The notes: generated from the sequence alone by a model not told the origin. A DNA stretch of 64,000 bases from Dehalococcoidia bacterium (GCA_009692945.1 SHYD01000004.1:5910-69909); one strand, 5' to 3'; positions 7,736-18,824 are shown, counted from the first letter of the stretch. Made by a program: numbers and translations.

Positions 7736-10164
7736 ATGACCGGCGACCCGGAGCACCCTCCACCCCGGCTCATTTTGGCGCTGGGGTTCTCGGAGTTGGC
7801 CGCCCGAACCGAGGGCGTGCTGGGCCGCACCGGCGCAGCCTTCGAGTTCCGGCAGGCCGCATCCGAAGCCGAGGTGGAGCGCCTCTTGGCCACTGAACGT
7901 TGGGACGCGGTGATCGCCGCGGAAGGGCTGCCCGGCATCGACCCAATCCGGCTCTCGTCTCTGATCACCCAGAACGGAACCGATGTGCCGCTGGTTGTGA
8001 TATCACCCGAGCCGACGGAAGCCCGGCTGGCTCAACTGTTGGCCGCCGGCGTGGACGATATCGTATCGCTCGGCAACCTCACTCGCTTGGTCGTGGTGCT
8101 CAATCGAGAGTTCAGGTCTGCGGCAGAGCGCCGGCGCCTGCGGGCGGCCGAAACGGCCCTGAAAGAAAGCGAGGCCCGCTTCCGCCTCCTGGCGCTGAAC
8201 GCCCAGGACATCATCTTCCGTTACCGCTACCTCCCGGACCCCGCCTGGGAGTTCATCAGCGCCTCGGTCAGCTCCATATCCGGCTACGACCCGGAGGTAT
8301 TTTACCGGGACCCCGATATCACTGAACGGTTCGTCCACCCCGACGACCTGCCCTGGGTCAGGGTATTGCTGCGCTCGGGTGACGCCCCATCTGCCCTTTT
8401 GTACCGCTGGATCCGCCGCGATGGACGCACCATCTGGATGGAACAGCGTTGCAGCTATCTTCGGGACGCATCCGGGAGCGCCGTCGCCCTTGAAGGGGTT
8501 ATCAGGGATGTGACCGAGCGCGAGGAACAGGAGCGGGACCGCCGCGAGCGCTCCGCCCGGGTCGCTGCGCTGGACGAGGTGTCTCGATCCCTGGCGGCCG
8601 CATCGCTCGACCTCAGGGTGATCCTGGATATATTGGCGAGGCACACGGCCGAACTCATCGGCGATTCGTGCGTGATACGCCTGCTTTCGGCCGATGGCAG
8701 GCGCCTCGAACCGGCGGCGTTCCACCACGCCGACCCTCTCGAGCTCCCGAAGATGCGAGAAGCGCTCGAACAGATCCCACTCCCGGCCGATACCGGGGTC
8801 CACGGCGAGGTGATGCGGTCCGGCGAAGCGATCCTGTTGACCAAGGGCCTGCCCGACGCGTTCCGGTCGTCCTTCATTCCCGAGCTATCGGCCTATCTGG
8901 AAGGGATGGACGTGCAGAGCCTTGCCCTGGTGTCGATCCGCTCCGATGGCCAACCCGTCGGTCTGTTGGTGGTCGGGCGGCATTTCGGCAAACCCTCCTA
9001 CTCCGAGGAAGACCGCATCTTTTTGCAGGAATTGGCCGACCGCGCCGGTCTCGCCCTGGCAAACGCTAAGCTGTTCGACAACGTTGAAAAACAACTGCAG
9101 CGTGTGGAGGGGCTCCGGAATGTGGGGTTGGCTATCGCGGGCAGCCTGGATATCCACCTGACGCTCGATGTGATCCTGGCTGAGGTGGTGAACCTGCTGC
9201 AGGCTGACGCCGCCGATGTACTGCTGCTGGACAAGACCACTCAGTACCTCGTACCGACCGCATCCAGGGGTTTCCACGGGGGTCGCAACCAGAACACGCG
9301 TGTGCACTTGGGCGAAGGGCTTTCAGGCAGAGTAGCTGCCGAACGGCGCGTCCTGGTGGTGGCCAACCTGCCCAGCCGTGAGGACCATCCGCGTCCGGAA
9401 ACCTTCCGGCGAGAAGGGTTCCTTTCGTATACCGCCGCACCACTTATCGCAAAGGGCCAGGTGCTGGGCGTTCTGGAGACGTTTCATCGCCGGCATTTTG
9501 AGCCCACTCCCGAGTGGCTCGATTCCTGCAGGCGATGTCCAACCAGGCCGCCATCGGCTTGGACAACACCCTGCTGTTCGAGAACCTGCAGCGTGCCAAC
9601 GGAGACCTGACCCTCGCCTATGAGACGACCCTGGAAGGTTGGGTGCGGGCGCTCGACCTCCGGGACAACGAGACTGAAGGGCACAGCCGGCGCGTCACCC
9701 TGGGCACCGTCGATCTCGTCCGCGCCATGGGGATGAACGACGACCAGATCGTGCATATCCGGCGCGGCGCCTTGCTGCACGATATCGGAAAAATCGGCGT
9801 TCCGGACGGTATCCTCTTAAAGCCAGGCCCACTCACCGACGACGAATGGGCCGGCATGCGACGCCACCCCGACTATGCCAGCGAATTCCTCGCTGCCATC
9901 GACTACCTGCGCCCGGCAATGGACATCCCCTACTGCCACCACGAATGGTGGGACGGGGGCGGCTACCCCAGGGGACTCAAAGGGGAATCGATCCCGCTCA
10001 CCGCCCGCGCTTTTGCCGTGGTGGACGTTGCCGATGCCCTCCGCTCCAACCGCCCGTACCGCACCGGTTGGGGCGAGGAGCGCATTCACGACCACCTGCT
10101 ATCATTGGCGGGAACCCATTTGGCCCCGGAGATTGTCCCCGTGTACATCTCTCTCCAAGGCTGA
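7736..10164 (+). pseudogene. REC-like/PAS/GAF/GAF/HD-GYP signalling protein split by a 1-nt frame break
   Basis: ORF 7736..9610 (receiver-like, PAS, two GAF) and ORF 9514..10164 (HD-GYP: LLHDIGKIGV, HHEWWDGGGYPRGL) overlap in different frames. ..HFEPTPEWL joins ..FLQAMSNQAAIGLDN only with a 1-nt correction near 9521-9526 (GATTCC). Confidence 0.7.
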
Positions 10165-10217
10165 CCAGGTCACATACCGATAACCACGGCGGCTGTCCGT
10201 CCCTCCTCTGAGAAACC

Positions 10218-10922
10218 ATGTCTGACAAATCGATTCTGATCGCGGAGGATGAAGAGGGCCTCGCGGCAACCCTTCACTACCGTCTGACTCAGGAAGGGTA
10301 CCGGGCAACGATCGCCACCGATGGCCAGCAGGCCCTGGAACTCGCCCGCAGCATGCGTCCCGACCTGCTGCTGCTCGACCTGATGCTGCCCGTGATGGAC
10401 GGGCTGGAGGTCTGTAGAATCCTTCGCAAAGAGTCCTCTTTCCCCATTCTTATTCTGACAGCCAAAGGCGACGAGGTGGACAAAGTGGTCGGCTTGGAGC
10501 TAGGCGCCGACGATTATGTGACCAAGCCGTTCAGCATGCGGGAGCTGCTGGCCCGGGTCAAAGCGTTGCTCCGCCGTTCGCTCCTTACCGGCCCGGCGCC
10601 CGAGGGGAATGAGGCCCCCCGCAATGTGCTCACCGCAGGGGGGCTGCAACTCGACCTGACCGCCCACCGGGCTTGGCGGGAGGGCCGCGCGGTCGACCTG
10701 AAGCCTCGTGAGTTCGACCTGCTGGCGTTCCTCATGCAGAACCGAAACCGGGCCTTCACCCGGGACCATTTGTTAGACCGGGTGTGGGGCTATGACATCC
10801 CCATCGACGGCAGAACCGTGGACGTGCATGTGCGCTGGTTACGCGAGAAAATCGAAGAAGACGCTTCAAAACCAAGGCTGCTGGTCACGGTGAGAGGCGT
10901 CGGCTACCGGTTCGAGGCGTGA
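10218..10922 (+). CDS. OmpR/PhoB-family response regulator
   Basis: Receiver motifs are ILIAEDEE, DLLLLDLMLPVMDG and TAKGD. The C-terminus is winged-helix (VDVHVRWLREKIE, VRGVGYRF). It lies next to the kinase and pstSCAB-phoU. Confidence 0.9.
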   Translation: MSDKSILIAEDEEGLAATLHYRLTQEGYRATIATDGQQALELARSMRPDLLLLDLMLPVMDGLEVCRILRKESSFPILILTAKGDEVDKVVGLELGADDYVTKPFSMRELLARVKALLRRSLLTGPAPEGNEAPRNVLTAGGLQLDLTAHRAWREGRAVDLKPREFDLLAFLMQNRNRAFTRDHLLDRVWGYDIPIDGRTVDVHVRWLREKIEEDASKPRLLVTVRGVGYRFEA

Positions 10923-10925
10923 CCA

Positions 10926-12404
10926 GTGGATAGGTTGGGGACCACCCGCGGCCTCTTGGTCCGGGTGCTCTTGACCCACCTGATCGCCCTCGCGGCGGGG
11001 ACCGTCACTGCTGCGGGGTTTTGGCTCTATCTGGCACTTCCAGAATGCCTGCCCGGTGAAATGCTCGTCGTCGCCGTCGCCTTTTTTTGCATCGCGGCCC
11101 TTGGCGGTTCGTTGATCCTTTGGTGGCTGCTGCGCCCCACCGTCCGAGATCTGGACCGGGCGTTGGTGGAGGCGCGGGTGCTCGGCGAACTGTCCGCGGA
11201 AGCTACAGAGCCGTTTTCCGGTTCACGAACCGGGATGCAGCCCGGCAAGATCGGCCAATTCCTCCACCTGGGGGCGCTGCGGGTACAGGCCCTGCTGGAC
11301 GAGCAGGCACGCGAGCGTGACGAATTGACGGCGCTCCTGGTCACGATGGCCGAGGGAGTTGTGGTCACCGGAAAAGACGGCCAGATCCTGCTGGCAAACC
11401 CAGCAGCGGGGACGCTGCTTGGGGCTTCGCTCACCACAGGACGTCCGCTCGTGGAAGCGGCGCGTGATTACGAAATCCACCAATTGGTCGAGCGCTGCGT
11501 CGCAACCGGCCAACTCCAGACCGCCGAGCTGTCGGTATCGTCCACCGGCCGCCAGTTGGGCGTGACGTCGATGCCGGTGGCAGGTTCGACGGACGGCCGG
11601 ATTTTACTCGTCATTTACGATCTCACCGAAGCTCGGAGAGTGGAGCGGACCCGCCGCGAGTTCGTTGCAAACGTGTCCCATGAACTGCGTACGCCCCTCA
11701 CCACCATGAAAGCCTCGGCCGACACCCTTCTGGAAGGGGCACTCGACGACCCGGCGGCGGCGCGCACCTTCCTGCACCGGATCACTCACGAAGTCGATCG
11801 CATGACGTTGCTGGTGGCGGACTTGCTGGAATTGTCCCGGCTCGAAAGCGGACACATCCTCCCGCAATTGACCCCGGTCGCCCTGTCTTCGTTGATCGAT
11901 GAGGCCGCCAGCCGCTTCCAGAGCCGGCTGGAAGCCAACGGGCTGACCCTGGTGCGCCAAGCCGAAAGCGATCTCCCCAAGGTCGTGGCGGATACAGAAA
12001 TGGTGCGGCAGGTGCTTTCAAACCTCTTGGACAACGCCATCAAGTACACGCCACGCGGGGGTACGATCGCCATCAACACGACGGCCGAAAGCAACATGGT
12101 CGTTACCGCAGTGGCAGACACGGGGGTCGGCATTCCCCGGGAGCACATCTCCCATGTTTTTGAACGGTTCTACAAGGTGGAACGCTCCAGGCGTGAAGGG
12201 GGTACCGGCCTCGGCCTGGCCATCGTGAAGCACATCGTCCAAGCTCACGGAGGCGAGGTCCGCGTCGAGAGCAGAGAAGGTGAGGGCAGTGTTTTTTCGT
12301 TCTCGCTCCCCGCCGCTCCCACCGCGCGCTCGGGATCACCCGCGTCCGTTAACAATTCGTTAACACAATCCTCAACTAACGATAATGTCGCTCCCTTACG
12401 CTGA
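10926..12404 (+). CDS. PhoR-like sensor histidine kinase
   Basis: Two N-terminal TM segments, a PAS-like region, the H-box FVANVSHELRTPLT and an HATPase domain (LDNAIKYTP, DTGVGIP, GGTGLGLAIV). Confidence 0.85.
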   Translation: MDRLGTTRGLLVRVLLTHLIALAAGTVTAAGFWLYLALPECLPGEMLVVAVAFFCIAALGGSLILWWLLRPTVRDLDRALVEARVLGELSAEATEPFSGSRTGMQPGKIGQFLHLGALRVQALLDEQARERDELTALLVTMAEGVVVTGKDGQILLANPAAGTLLGASLTTGRPLVEAARDYEIHQLVERCVATGQLQTAELSVSSTGRQLGVTSMPVAGSTDGRILLVIYDLTEARRVERTRREFVANVSHELRTPLTTMKASADTLLEGALDDPAAARTFLHRITHEVDRMTLLVADLLELSRLESGHILPQLTPVALSSLIDEAASRFQSRLEANGLTLVRQAESDLPKVVADTEMVRQVLSNLLDNAIKYTPRGGTIAINTTAESNMVVTAVADTGVGIPREHISHVFERFYKVERSRREGGTGLGLAIVKHIVQAHGGEVRVESREGEGSVFSFSLPAAPTARSGSPASVNNSLTQSSTNDNVAPLR

Positions 12405-12451
12405 GGGGGAGTAACCGCAGCGAGATGCAAGAGGAGGAGGGTGGAAACGGT

Positions 12452-13666
12452 ATGGAATCCCCCAATCGCAGGTTGAAAGGCTGCAGATTGAACGGTGCCT
12501 CGGCCTTCGCAACTGCGGCGCTTCTGCTGGTGTCTGCCTGCGGCCCAGCCGCGGCGCCCGCCAACACCGCACCCCCGGCTGCACCGGCGCTGCCCTCCAT
12601 TGCGCCTCCCCCCTCCAGCTTGGTCGCCGCCGGCAGCGGCATCGTGAAAGAGGGCTTTCCCGGCGAGGCGAAGGCGCTCAATGGCGCGGGCGCCACCTTC
12701 CCGGCGGTGCTGTACTCCAAATGGTTCAACGAGTACGAGAAAGTGACCGGCGTCAAGGTCAACTACCAGTCCATCGGCTCCGGGGGCGGCATCAAATCGA
12801 TCTCCGACGCCACCATCGACTTCGGCGCCACCGATAGCCCCATGACTGACGAGCAGCTCAAGGCGGCCAAGAACGGCCCGATCCTGCACATCCCGGCGGC
12901 CCTGGGCGCGGTGGTCCCCACCTACAACATCCCGGAACTGGGTGGACAGCAGCTCAGGTTTTCGGCCGGGAGCCTGACGGGCATTTTCCTGGGCCAGATC
13001 ACCAAGTGGAACGACCCCAAGATTGCTGAAGACAACCCCGGCATGACGCTCCCCAACAAGGAGATCGTGACGGTGCATCGGTCGGATGGCTCCGGGACCA
13101 CCTATATCTGGGTTGACTACCTGAGCAGCGTCAGCAAGGAGTGGAAGGACAAGGCCGGCCTCGGCACCTCGGTCAATTGGCCGGTGGGGCTGGGCGCCAA
13201 GGGCAACGAGGGCGTGGCCGGCGAGGTGAAACAGAACCCCTACGCCATCGGCTATGTGGAGCTGATCTACGCCATCCAGAACAAGCTGGGCGTAGGTCTC
13301 GTCAAGAACAAAGCCGGCCAGTACATTGAACCCAACCTGGCAGCGGTGACTGCCGCGGCGGCGGGCGCCGCTAAGAACGTGGCGCCCGACCTGCGGGTCT
13401 CCATTGTGAACGCGGACGGCGACGCCAGCTATCCCATCTCGGGGTTCACCTGGCTGCTGGCCTACCAGAACCAGAACGACAAGGCCAAGGGCCGGGCGAT
13501 CACCCGTGCCCTGTGGTGGGCCACCCACGACGCCCAGCGCTTCAACGCGGAGCTGGGCTACGCCGCGGTGCCGGACGACATTGTGAGGCGGTCCGAGGAG
13601 CTGATCCTCTCCATCACCACGGCCGGCGGCCAGCGGGCATTCCCGCACCAGCTCCCTGGCCGGTAA
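12452..13666 (+). CDS. pstS: Phosphate ABC transporter substrate-binding lipoprotein
   Basis: ATG 12452 lies inside ORF 12425..13666. Lipobox LLLVSAC; GAGATFPAVLYSKWFNEY..YQSIGSGGGIK; HRSDGSGTT. Confidence 0.9.
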   Translation: MESPNRRLKGCRLNGASAFATAALLLVSACGPAAAPANTAPPAAPALPSIAPPPSSLVAAGSGIVKEGFPGEAKALNGAGATFPAVLYSKWFNEYEKVTGVKVNYQSIGSGGGIKSISDATIDFGATDSPMTDEQLKAAKNGPILHIPAALGAVVPTYNIPELGGQQLRFSAGSLTGIFLGQITKWNDPKIAEDNPGMTLPNKEIVTVHRSDGSGTTYIWVDYLSSVSKEWKDKAGLGTSVNWPVGLGAKGNEGVAGEVKQNPYAIGYVELIYAIQNKLGVGLVKNKAGQYIEPNLAAVTAAAAGAAKNVAPDLRVSIVNADGDASYPISGFTWLLAYQNQNDKAKGRAITRALWWATHDAQRFNAELGYAAVPDDIVRRSEELILSITTAGGQRAFPHQLPGR

Positions 13667-13682
13667 CCGGGAGCCCAAGAAC

Positions 13683-14684
13683 GTGGACCTGGCATCGAGC
13701 GAGGCGACGCGGGTTGCGCAGCGCCAAGGTCCCACTCCGGTCATCGGGGGCGGGACCAATGTGGGCGACCGCATCTTCCACCTGGCGGTGCTGTCAGCCG
13801 CCCAGAGCGTGCTGGTGCTGCTGGCCGCATTGGTGGTGCTGCTGTTCATCGATGCTAAAGAGGCGTTGGGGCGGTTCGGCCTCTCCTTCCTCACCACCAC
13901 CGATTGGGACCCCGTTTTTGAGAAGTTCGGTACCGCCCACTTCGTTTTCGGGACGCTAGTCACCTCGCTGGTGGCGCTGGTGCTGGCGGCGCCGCTGGCC
14001 ATCGGCACCGCCCTGTTCTTAGCGGAGTACGCCCCGCGCTGGTTGCGGGAGCCGGTCGCCTTCGTCATCGAACTGCTGGCGGTGATCCCCAGCATCATCT
14101 TCGGCCTGTGGGGGTTCTTCGTGCTGGCGCCCATCATGCGTGGCTATGTGGAGCCCTTCCTCAAGGCCACGGTGGGGCAGGTGCCGGTGCTGGGGGAACT
14201 GTTCAGCGGCCCAGCCATCGGCAAAGACCTGCTGACGGCGGGCGTGGTGCTGGCCATCATGATCCTGCCCACCGTCATGGCCATCGCCCGCGAGGTGGTG
14301 CGCTCGGTGCCCGACACCCAGCGGGAGGGGATGATCGGCCTGGGCGCCACCAAGTGGGAGACCATCACCGGCGCCGTGTTGCCCTATGCCCGATCCGGCC
14401 TGGTTGGGGCCGTGATGCTGGGGTTTGCTCGGGCCTTCGGCGAAACAATGGCCGTGACCATGGTCATCGGCAACAGCTCCAATGTCATCTCCGCATCTCT
14501 GCTCACGCCAGGCTACACCATGGCCTCGGCCATCGCGAATCAATTCACCGAAGCGGATAAGGAGATCTATTTCAGTGCCGTGGTGGCGGTGGCGCTGGTG
14601 CTGCTGCTGGTTTCGGTCATCATCAACGGCTTGGCCCGGCTGCTGGTGTGGCGGGGAGCGGGCAATGTCGCGACCCGCCGCTAG
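13683..14684 (+). CDS. pstC: Phosphate ABC transporter permease
   Basis: Polytopic membrane ORF. The EAA-like loop is REVVRSVPDTQREGMIGLGATKWETI. Its position is between pstS and pstA. Confidence 0.9.
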   Translation: MDLASSEATRVAQRQGPTPVIGGGTNVGDRIFHLAVLSAAQSVLVLLAALVVLLFIDAKEALGRFGLSFLTTTDWDPVFEKFGTAHFVFGTLVTSLVALVLAAPLAIGTALFLAEYAPRWLREPVAFVIELLAVIPSIIFGLWGFFVLAPIMRGYVEPFLKATVGQVPVLGELFSGPAIGKDLLTAGVVLAIMILPTVMAIAREVVRSVPDTQREGMIGLGATKWETITGAVLPYARSGLVGAVMLGFARAFGETMAVTMVIGNSSNVISASLLTPGYTMASAIANQFTEADKEIYFSAVVAVALVLLLVSVIINGLARLLVWRGAGNVATRR

Positions 14685-15597
14685 CGCGCCACCGATGCGC
14701 GCCGCCTTCGTTCAACCGCCGCGCCCCAGCCCATTCAACCGGAATGCCTCATCCGGCTCGGCCCGCTCCCGCTACCTGGTCGACGGAGTCATGCGCGGAC
14801 TCATCGTATCCGCCGCGGCGGCGGGAGTGTTCCTGCTGCTCGTAATTCTGCTCTACGTGGTGGTCCGCGGCCTGCCCGCCCTGAACCTGGATTTCTTCAC
14901 TCAACGGCCGCTGCCCTACGGGGAGGTGGGCGGTGGCGTGGCCCCGGCGCTGCTGGGAACGCTGGAGATGCTGACCGTTGCCTCGCTGCTGGGGGTGCCC
15001 ATTGGTATCGGCACCGCCATCTACCTCTCGGAGTACGGCCGGGGTCCGTTTGCCTCGATCGTCCGGTTCGTCGTCGATCTGATCGCCGGGCTGCCCTCGA
15101 TTGTGGTGGGCGTCTTCGTGTGGGCGCTAATGGTGCGGCATGTGGTGGGCAACTACAACGGCCTCGCCGGGTCGGTGGCGCTGGCGATCATCATGATTCC
15201 CATCGTCACCCGGACAGTGGAGGAGATGCTGCGGCTGGTGCCGGACACCTACCGGGAGGCCGCACTGGGGCTGGGCCTCCCCCGTTGGAAGACCATCATG
15301 GCGGTGGTGCTGCCCACGGCAAGGGCGGGGCTGATCACGGGGGTGGTGCTCTCCATGGCCAGGGCGGGCGGAGAAACCGCGCCGCTGCTGCTGACGGCCC
15401 TGGGCAATCAGTTCTTCAGTGCGGACCTGCTGGCGCCTATGGCGGCGCTACCGGTCCAGATTTACAACTATGCCGTGGCGCCCTACGACGACTGGCACAC
15501 CAAGGCCTGGGGGAGCGCCCTGGTGCTCATCCTGGTGATCAGCCTGCTGAGCCTGGCCACCCGCCTCTCGACCCGCAACACATTGGGAGAGCGTTGA
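14665..15597 (+). CDS. pstA: Phosphate ABC transporter permease
   Basis: ATG 14665 lies inside ORF 14482..15597. [27 protein letters not shown]. It overlaps the pstC end by 20 nt. Confidence 0.9.
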   Translation: MSRPAASAPPMRAAFVQPPRPSPFNRNASSGSARSRYLVDGVMRGLIVSAAAAGVFLLLVILLYVVVRGLPALNLDFFTQRPLPYGEVGGGVAPALLGTLEMLTVASLLGVPIGIGTAIYLSEYGRGPFASIVRFVVDLIAGLPSIVVGVFVWALMVRHVVGNYNGLAGSVALAIIMIPIVTRTVEEMLRLVPDTYREAALGLGLPRWKTIMAVVLPTARAGLITGVVLSMARAGGETAPLLLTALGNQFFSADLLAPMAALPVQIYNYAVAPYDDWHTKAWGSALVLILVISLLSLATRLSTRNTLGER

Positions 15598-15617
15598 AAC
15601 CTCTCCAGAAGGTGTTT

Positions 15618-16457
15618 ATGAGCAACAACAACAATGACGGGGCCTCTGCCGTGACCTCGGCCGGCACGGTGCACAGTGAGGCAGGACATGGCAGCCTGGT
15701 AGTTGAAGACCTGCAGGCGTGGTACGGACGGTTTCGGGCGGTAGCCAACCTCTCGTTGACCATAACGCCCCGCGCGGTGACCGCGATCATCGGCCCATCG
15801 GGGTGCGGCAAGAGCACCTTCCTGCGCTGCATCAACCGCATGCACGAGGTGGCGAGGGGGGCACGAGCCGCCGGGAAGGTCCTGCTGGACGGGGATGATG
15901 TATACGCGCCCGACGCTGACCCGGTGCAGGTGCGCCGGCACATTGGGATGGTGTTTCAGAAGCCGAACCCCTTCCCCATGATGTCGGTATACGACAACGT
16001 GGTGGCCGGGCTCAAGCTGGCAGGGGTGAAGAACCGGGCGATGCTGGACGAGGTGGCGGAGCGGAGTCTGCGGCGCGCTGCGTTGTGGGATGAGGTGAAT
16101 GATAAGCTGAACAACTCGGGGGCAGCGCTCTCGGGTGGCCAACAACAGCGCCTGTGCATTGCCCGGGCGCTGGCCATGGAGCCCCAGGTGCTGCTCATGG
16201 ACGAACCCTGCTCGGCGCTGGATCCGGTGGCCACCTCGAAGATCGAGGATTTGATCCGCGAGCTGCGTCAGAACTACACTATCGTTATTGTCACCCATAA
16301 CATGCAACAGGCAGCGCGGGTCTCGGACCACACTGCGTTCTTATTGTTGGACGAAGACCGCGCCGGCAGGCTGGTGGAGTACGGGCCAACATCCCAACTG
16401 TTCACCAACCCTCAGGACCGGCGCACCGAAGACTATATCACCGGCCGTTTCGGGTAG
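15618..16457 (+). CDS. pstB: Phosphate ABC transporter ATP-binding protein
   Basis: ATG 15618 lies inside ORF 15120..16457. Walker [41 protein letters not shown] and [11 protein letters not shown]. Confidence 0.95.
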   Translation: MSNNNNDGASAVTSAGTVHSEAGHGSLVVEDLQAWYGRFRAVANLSLTITPRAVTAIIGPSGCGKSTFLRCINRMHEVARGARAAGKVLLDGDDVYAPDADPVQVRRHIGMVFQKPNPFPMMSVYDNVVAGLKLAGVKNRAMLDEVAERSLRRAALWDEVNDKLNNSGAALSGGQQQRLCIARALAMEPQVLLMDEPCSALDPVATSKIEDLIRELRQNYTIVIVTHNMQQAARVSDHTAFLLLDEDRAGRLVEYGPTSQLFTNPQDRRTEDYITGRFG

Positions 16458-16479
16458 GACCGGGGGAAAGGAGCGGAAC

Positions 16480-17145
16480 ATGTCTCCAGTTGAACTCGAC
16501 CGGCGCCTGCGGGAACTTCAGACCGATGTGCTGCTGATGGGCAGCATGGTGGAGAAGGCCATTGAACGTTCGGTGGACGCGCTCAAGCGCCGGGACCTGG
16601 AGACGTCGCGGCAGATCATCGAACAGGATACCCAGATCGATCACAAGCGGTTTGAGATCGAGGAGAAATGCATCGAGGTCATCGCCACCCAGGAGCCGGT
16701 GGCCCGCGACTTGAGACAGATCGTGGCCGTGCTGAATATCATCGTCGATCTCGAGCGGATGGCCGACCACGCCGAGGGCATCGCCAAGATCACCCTCCTG
16801 CTGGGCGACCATCCGCCACTCAAGCCCCTCATCGATATCCCGCGCATGGCGGACCTGGCCTGCGACATGCTGCGACGCAGCTTGGACGCGCTGGTGACGC
16901 TGGATCAGGAAGCGGCGAGGCGGATCTGCGCCGATGACGACGAAGTGGATGCGCTATATGACCAGGTCTACCGGGAGTTGCTGACCTTCATGATCACGGA
17001 TCCCAAGACGATCGACCGCGCTACCTACCTGCTGTGGACGGCCCACAACCTGGAGCGTATCGCCGACCGTTCGACGAACATTGCGGAACGAGTGATCTTC
17101 CTGGTAACCGGGAAGATGGAAAACACCAACGTCTCCCGCTACTGA
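16480..17145 (+). CDS. phoU: Phosphate signalling complex protein PhoU
   Basis: ATG 16480 follows GGAAAGGAG. It has the two-repeat PhoU pattern (DTQIDHKRFEIEEKCIE.. and DDDEVDALYDQVYREL..). Confidence 0.9.
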   Translation: MSPVELDRRLRELQTDVLLMGSMVEKAIERSVDALKRRDLETSRQIIEQDTQIDHKRFEIEEKCIEVIATQEPVARDLRQIVAVLNIIVDLERMADHAEGIAKITLLLGDHPPLKPLIDIPRMADLACDMLRRSLDALVTLDQEAARRICADDDEVDALYDQVYRELLTFMITDPKTIDRATYLLWTAHNLERIADRSTNIAERVIFLVTGKMENTNVSRY

Positions 17146-18365
17146 GCGCTGACCCGCCCGAGGGTACTCCTGCGGAGCACCAGCAGCGTCGCACCCAGCA
17201 GCGCCATGGCCCCGGCATAGGTGAACACCGCGGCGACCCCAAACCGATCGGCCAAGCGGCCGGCGATTAACGGGGAGATGCTGCCCGCCAAAAAGCTGAT
17301 CCCGTAGACCAGCGATACCGTCGTCGCCTGCATCTGCGGTTTCACGTAGTCCATAGCGGCCGCCAGGAACAGCGCGATGGGCGGGAACTGGAACGCCCCG
17401 ACCAGCAGCACCGACAAGGCGAGCAGGATCCCGGGCGGCGCCACCGAAACCAGCAGAATTCCCACGCCCAAGATGCCAATGCTGGGTATCACCACTGCAA
17501 GCCGTCCAAACCGGTCGGATAAGAAGCCCATAACGGGTTGCGAGGCAATCCCCGCCGCCTGGCTGGCGAAAATGAACCATGACGCCAGCGCCGGATCATA
17601 AGATAGATCGATCCTGAGGTAGAGCGGCAGGAAGATGGTGAACCCGCTGGTGGCCATCGAGGTGATGCCCGCCACCAGCATCACCGTTCTCAGGGCCGGA
17701 GTGCCGGCCAGGGTGCGCAGAGAGGCGGTGTACGCCGCCACGGTGAGCCGGCCACCGGTAGCACCCCGGACGTTGCGGGCCAGCAGCCAGACCGCCAGCC
17801 CCGTCACCATCGCGGGTATGAAGCTGAATTGCAGCACCCCCTGCCAGGTCAACGTGAACAACAGCACGCCCACCGCCACCGGACCCAACGCCTCACCGAT
17901 GCTGCCGCCGGTCCCGTGCATTGCTATGGCGAACCCGCGGCGCTCTGCAAACCGCTGCGAAAGCGCTGCGATGGCCGGCGGGTGCCAGAAGGAGATGGCG
18001 GCGCCGACCACGATGATACAGAGGACGATGGCAGCGTAGTCGCCGGTGCTGCCCATGATGTACTGAAACGTGCCCATGACGATCATCGTGAGCCCGAGGA
18101 TCGCCGGCCAGCGGTTGCTCGAACGGTCGGCAAGGAAACCGGCAGGAAAATTGGTGAGCCCGCCAGCGAGCCCGCGGGCAGTCGCAATGTTGCCGATCGC
18201 GGCGTTGGACAGCCCCAGACCGAGGCGGATCTCCGGCAACAGCAGCAGAAAACCGGACGCATAGGCATGTTTCATGGCGTGCCCACCCACCATGATCGCC
18301 ATTAGCAGCCAATTGGGTAGCGCTGGGGATTTCCCGGGTGCCCGCCCGGCGGCGATGGATTCCAT
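17139..18365 (-). CDS. MFS transporter
   Basis: 408-aa polytopic ORF with about 12 predicted hydrophobic helices and the loop motif GFLADRSSNRWP / GFLSDRFGR. It is convergent with phoU and overlaps it by 7 nt. Confidence 0.8.
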   Translation of the reverse strand: MESIAAGRAPGKSPALPNWLLMAIMVGGHAMKHAYASGFLLLLPEIRLGLGLSNAAIGNIATARGLAGGLTNFPAGFLADRSSNRWPAILGLTMIVMGTFQYIMGSTGDYAAIVLCIIVVGAAISFWHPPAIAALSQRFAERRGFAIAMHGTGGSIGEALGPVAVGVLLFTLTWQGVLQFSFIPAMVTGLAVWLLARNVRGATGGRLTVAAYTASLRTLAGTPALRTVMLVAGITSMATSGFTIFLPLYLRIDLSYDPALASWFIFASQAAGIASQPVMGFLSDRFGRLAVVIPSIGILGVGILLVSVAPPGILLALSVLLVGAFQFPPIALFLAAAMDYVKPQMQATTVSLVYGISFLAGSISPLIAGRLADRFGVAAVFTYAGAMALLGATLLVLRRSTLGRVSAQ

Positions 18366-18575
18366 GTAGATTCAAGTCCCCGTTTCAGATACTCGACCGG
18401 CCCGTTGCCTGAGCCATTATACCGGTGGCCGCCGTGGTCCGCTATCGGCGGCGTCCGGCAGTACGAGTTCAGAGTTGGAGGGACGAGTTGTTCCGGGAGA
18501 GCGCCCAGGGAGGCGCAGCCTCCTTGGCGGGGTTCAAGGGGTGTCCCCTTGATTCAACCACCTCTCCCCCTTAAT

Positions 18576-18810
18576 CCCCCTCTCCTGGGAGGCTATTCGT
18601 TACCCACATCTTGGGGATACAGCGGCTCAGGAGTGTTGACTTCCTCCGTTGCGGCAAGACGGGGAGTGCAAGGGGGGCGAAGCCCTCCTGTCGGGGGCTT
18701 GGGGGTGTCCCCCAACAACAAAACCTCTCTTTTTTCTCTCTTTTCGGGGGTGGGGCAACAGAACGGGAGAGCCCGAATTGTGGTAACGAATAGCCTGGGA
18801 GGAGAGGGGG
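18576..18810. repeat. 29-nt inverted repeat pair (26/29 complementary) bracketing a module-A repeat, MITE-like or long-stem architecture
   Basis: CCCCCTCTCCTGGGAGGCTATTCGTTACC (18576-18604) versus GGTAACGAATAGCCTGGGAGGAGAGGGGG (18782-18810). Only the central GGG/CCC triplet is non-complementary. Confidence 0.6.
18624..18760 (+). repeat. GC-hairpin repeat, module A
   Basis: GGCTCAGGAGTG..GGGGAGTGCAAGGGGGGCGAAGCCCTCCTGTCGGGGGCTTGGGGGTGTCCCCCAACAAC..CTCTTTTTTC..CGGGGGTGGGGCAA. It is alignable by eye with the copies at 38504, 43377, 48263, 57172, 59474, 32485(-) and 63217(-). Confidence 0.7.
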
Positions 18811-18824
18811 AAACTGAGAACAAT

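Noticed and set aside
9505-9530. Programmed ribosomal frameshift joining GAF2 to the HD-GYP domain. The same idea was considered for the GNAT break at 2425-2445.
   Set aside because: There is no X XXY YYZ slippery heptamer at either junction. At 9521 the simplest model is loss of one T from GATTTCC. At 2441 the hairpin contains the break instead of following it.
12245-14137. Very long antisense ORFs: 12245-14137(-), 5390-6721(-), 40622-42154(-), 42466-44076(-), 50434-52428(+), 55577-56779(-), 31911-33161(+), 2841-4082(-) and 19303-20280(-).
   Set aside because: Each lies exactly opposite a gene with clear family motifs. Their translations are Arg/Gly/Pro/Ala-rich low-complexity strings typical of shadow frames in GC-rich DNA, and none has a recognisable domain or RBS.
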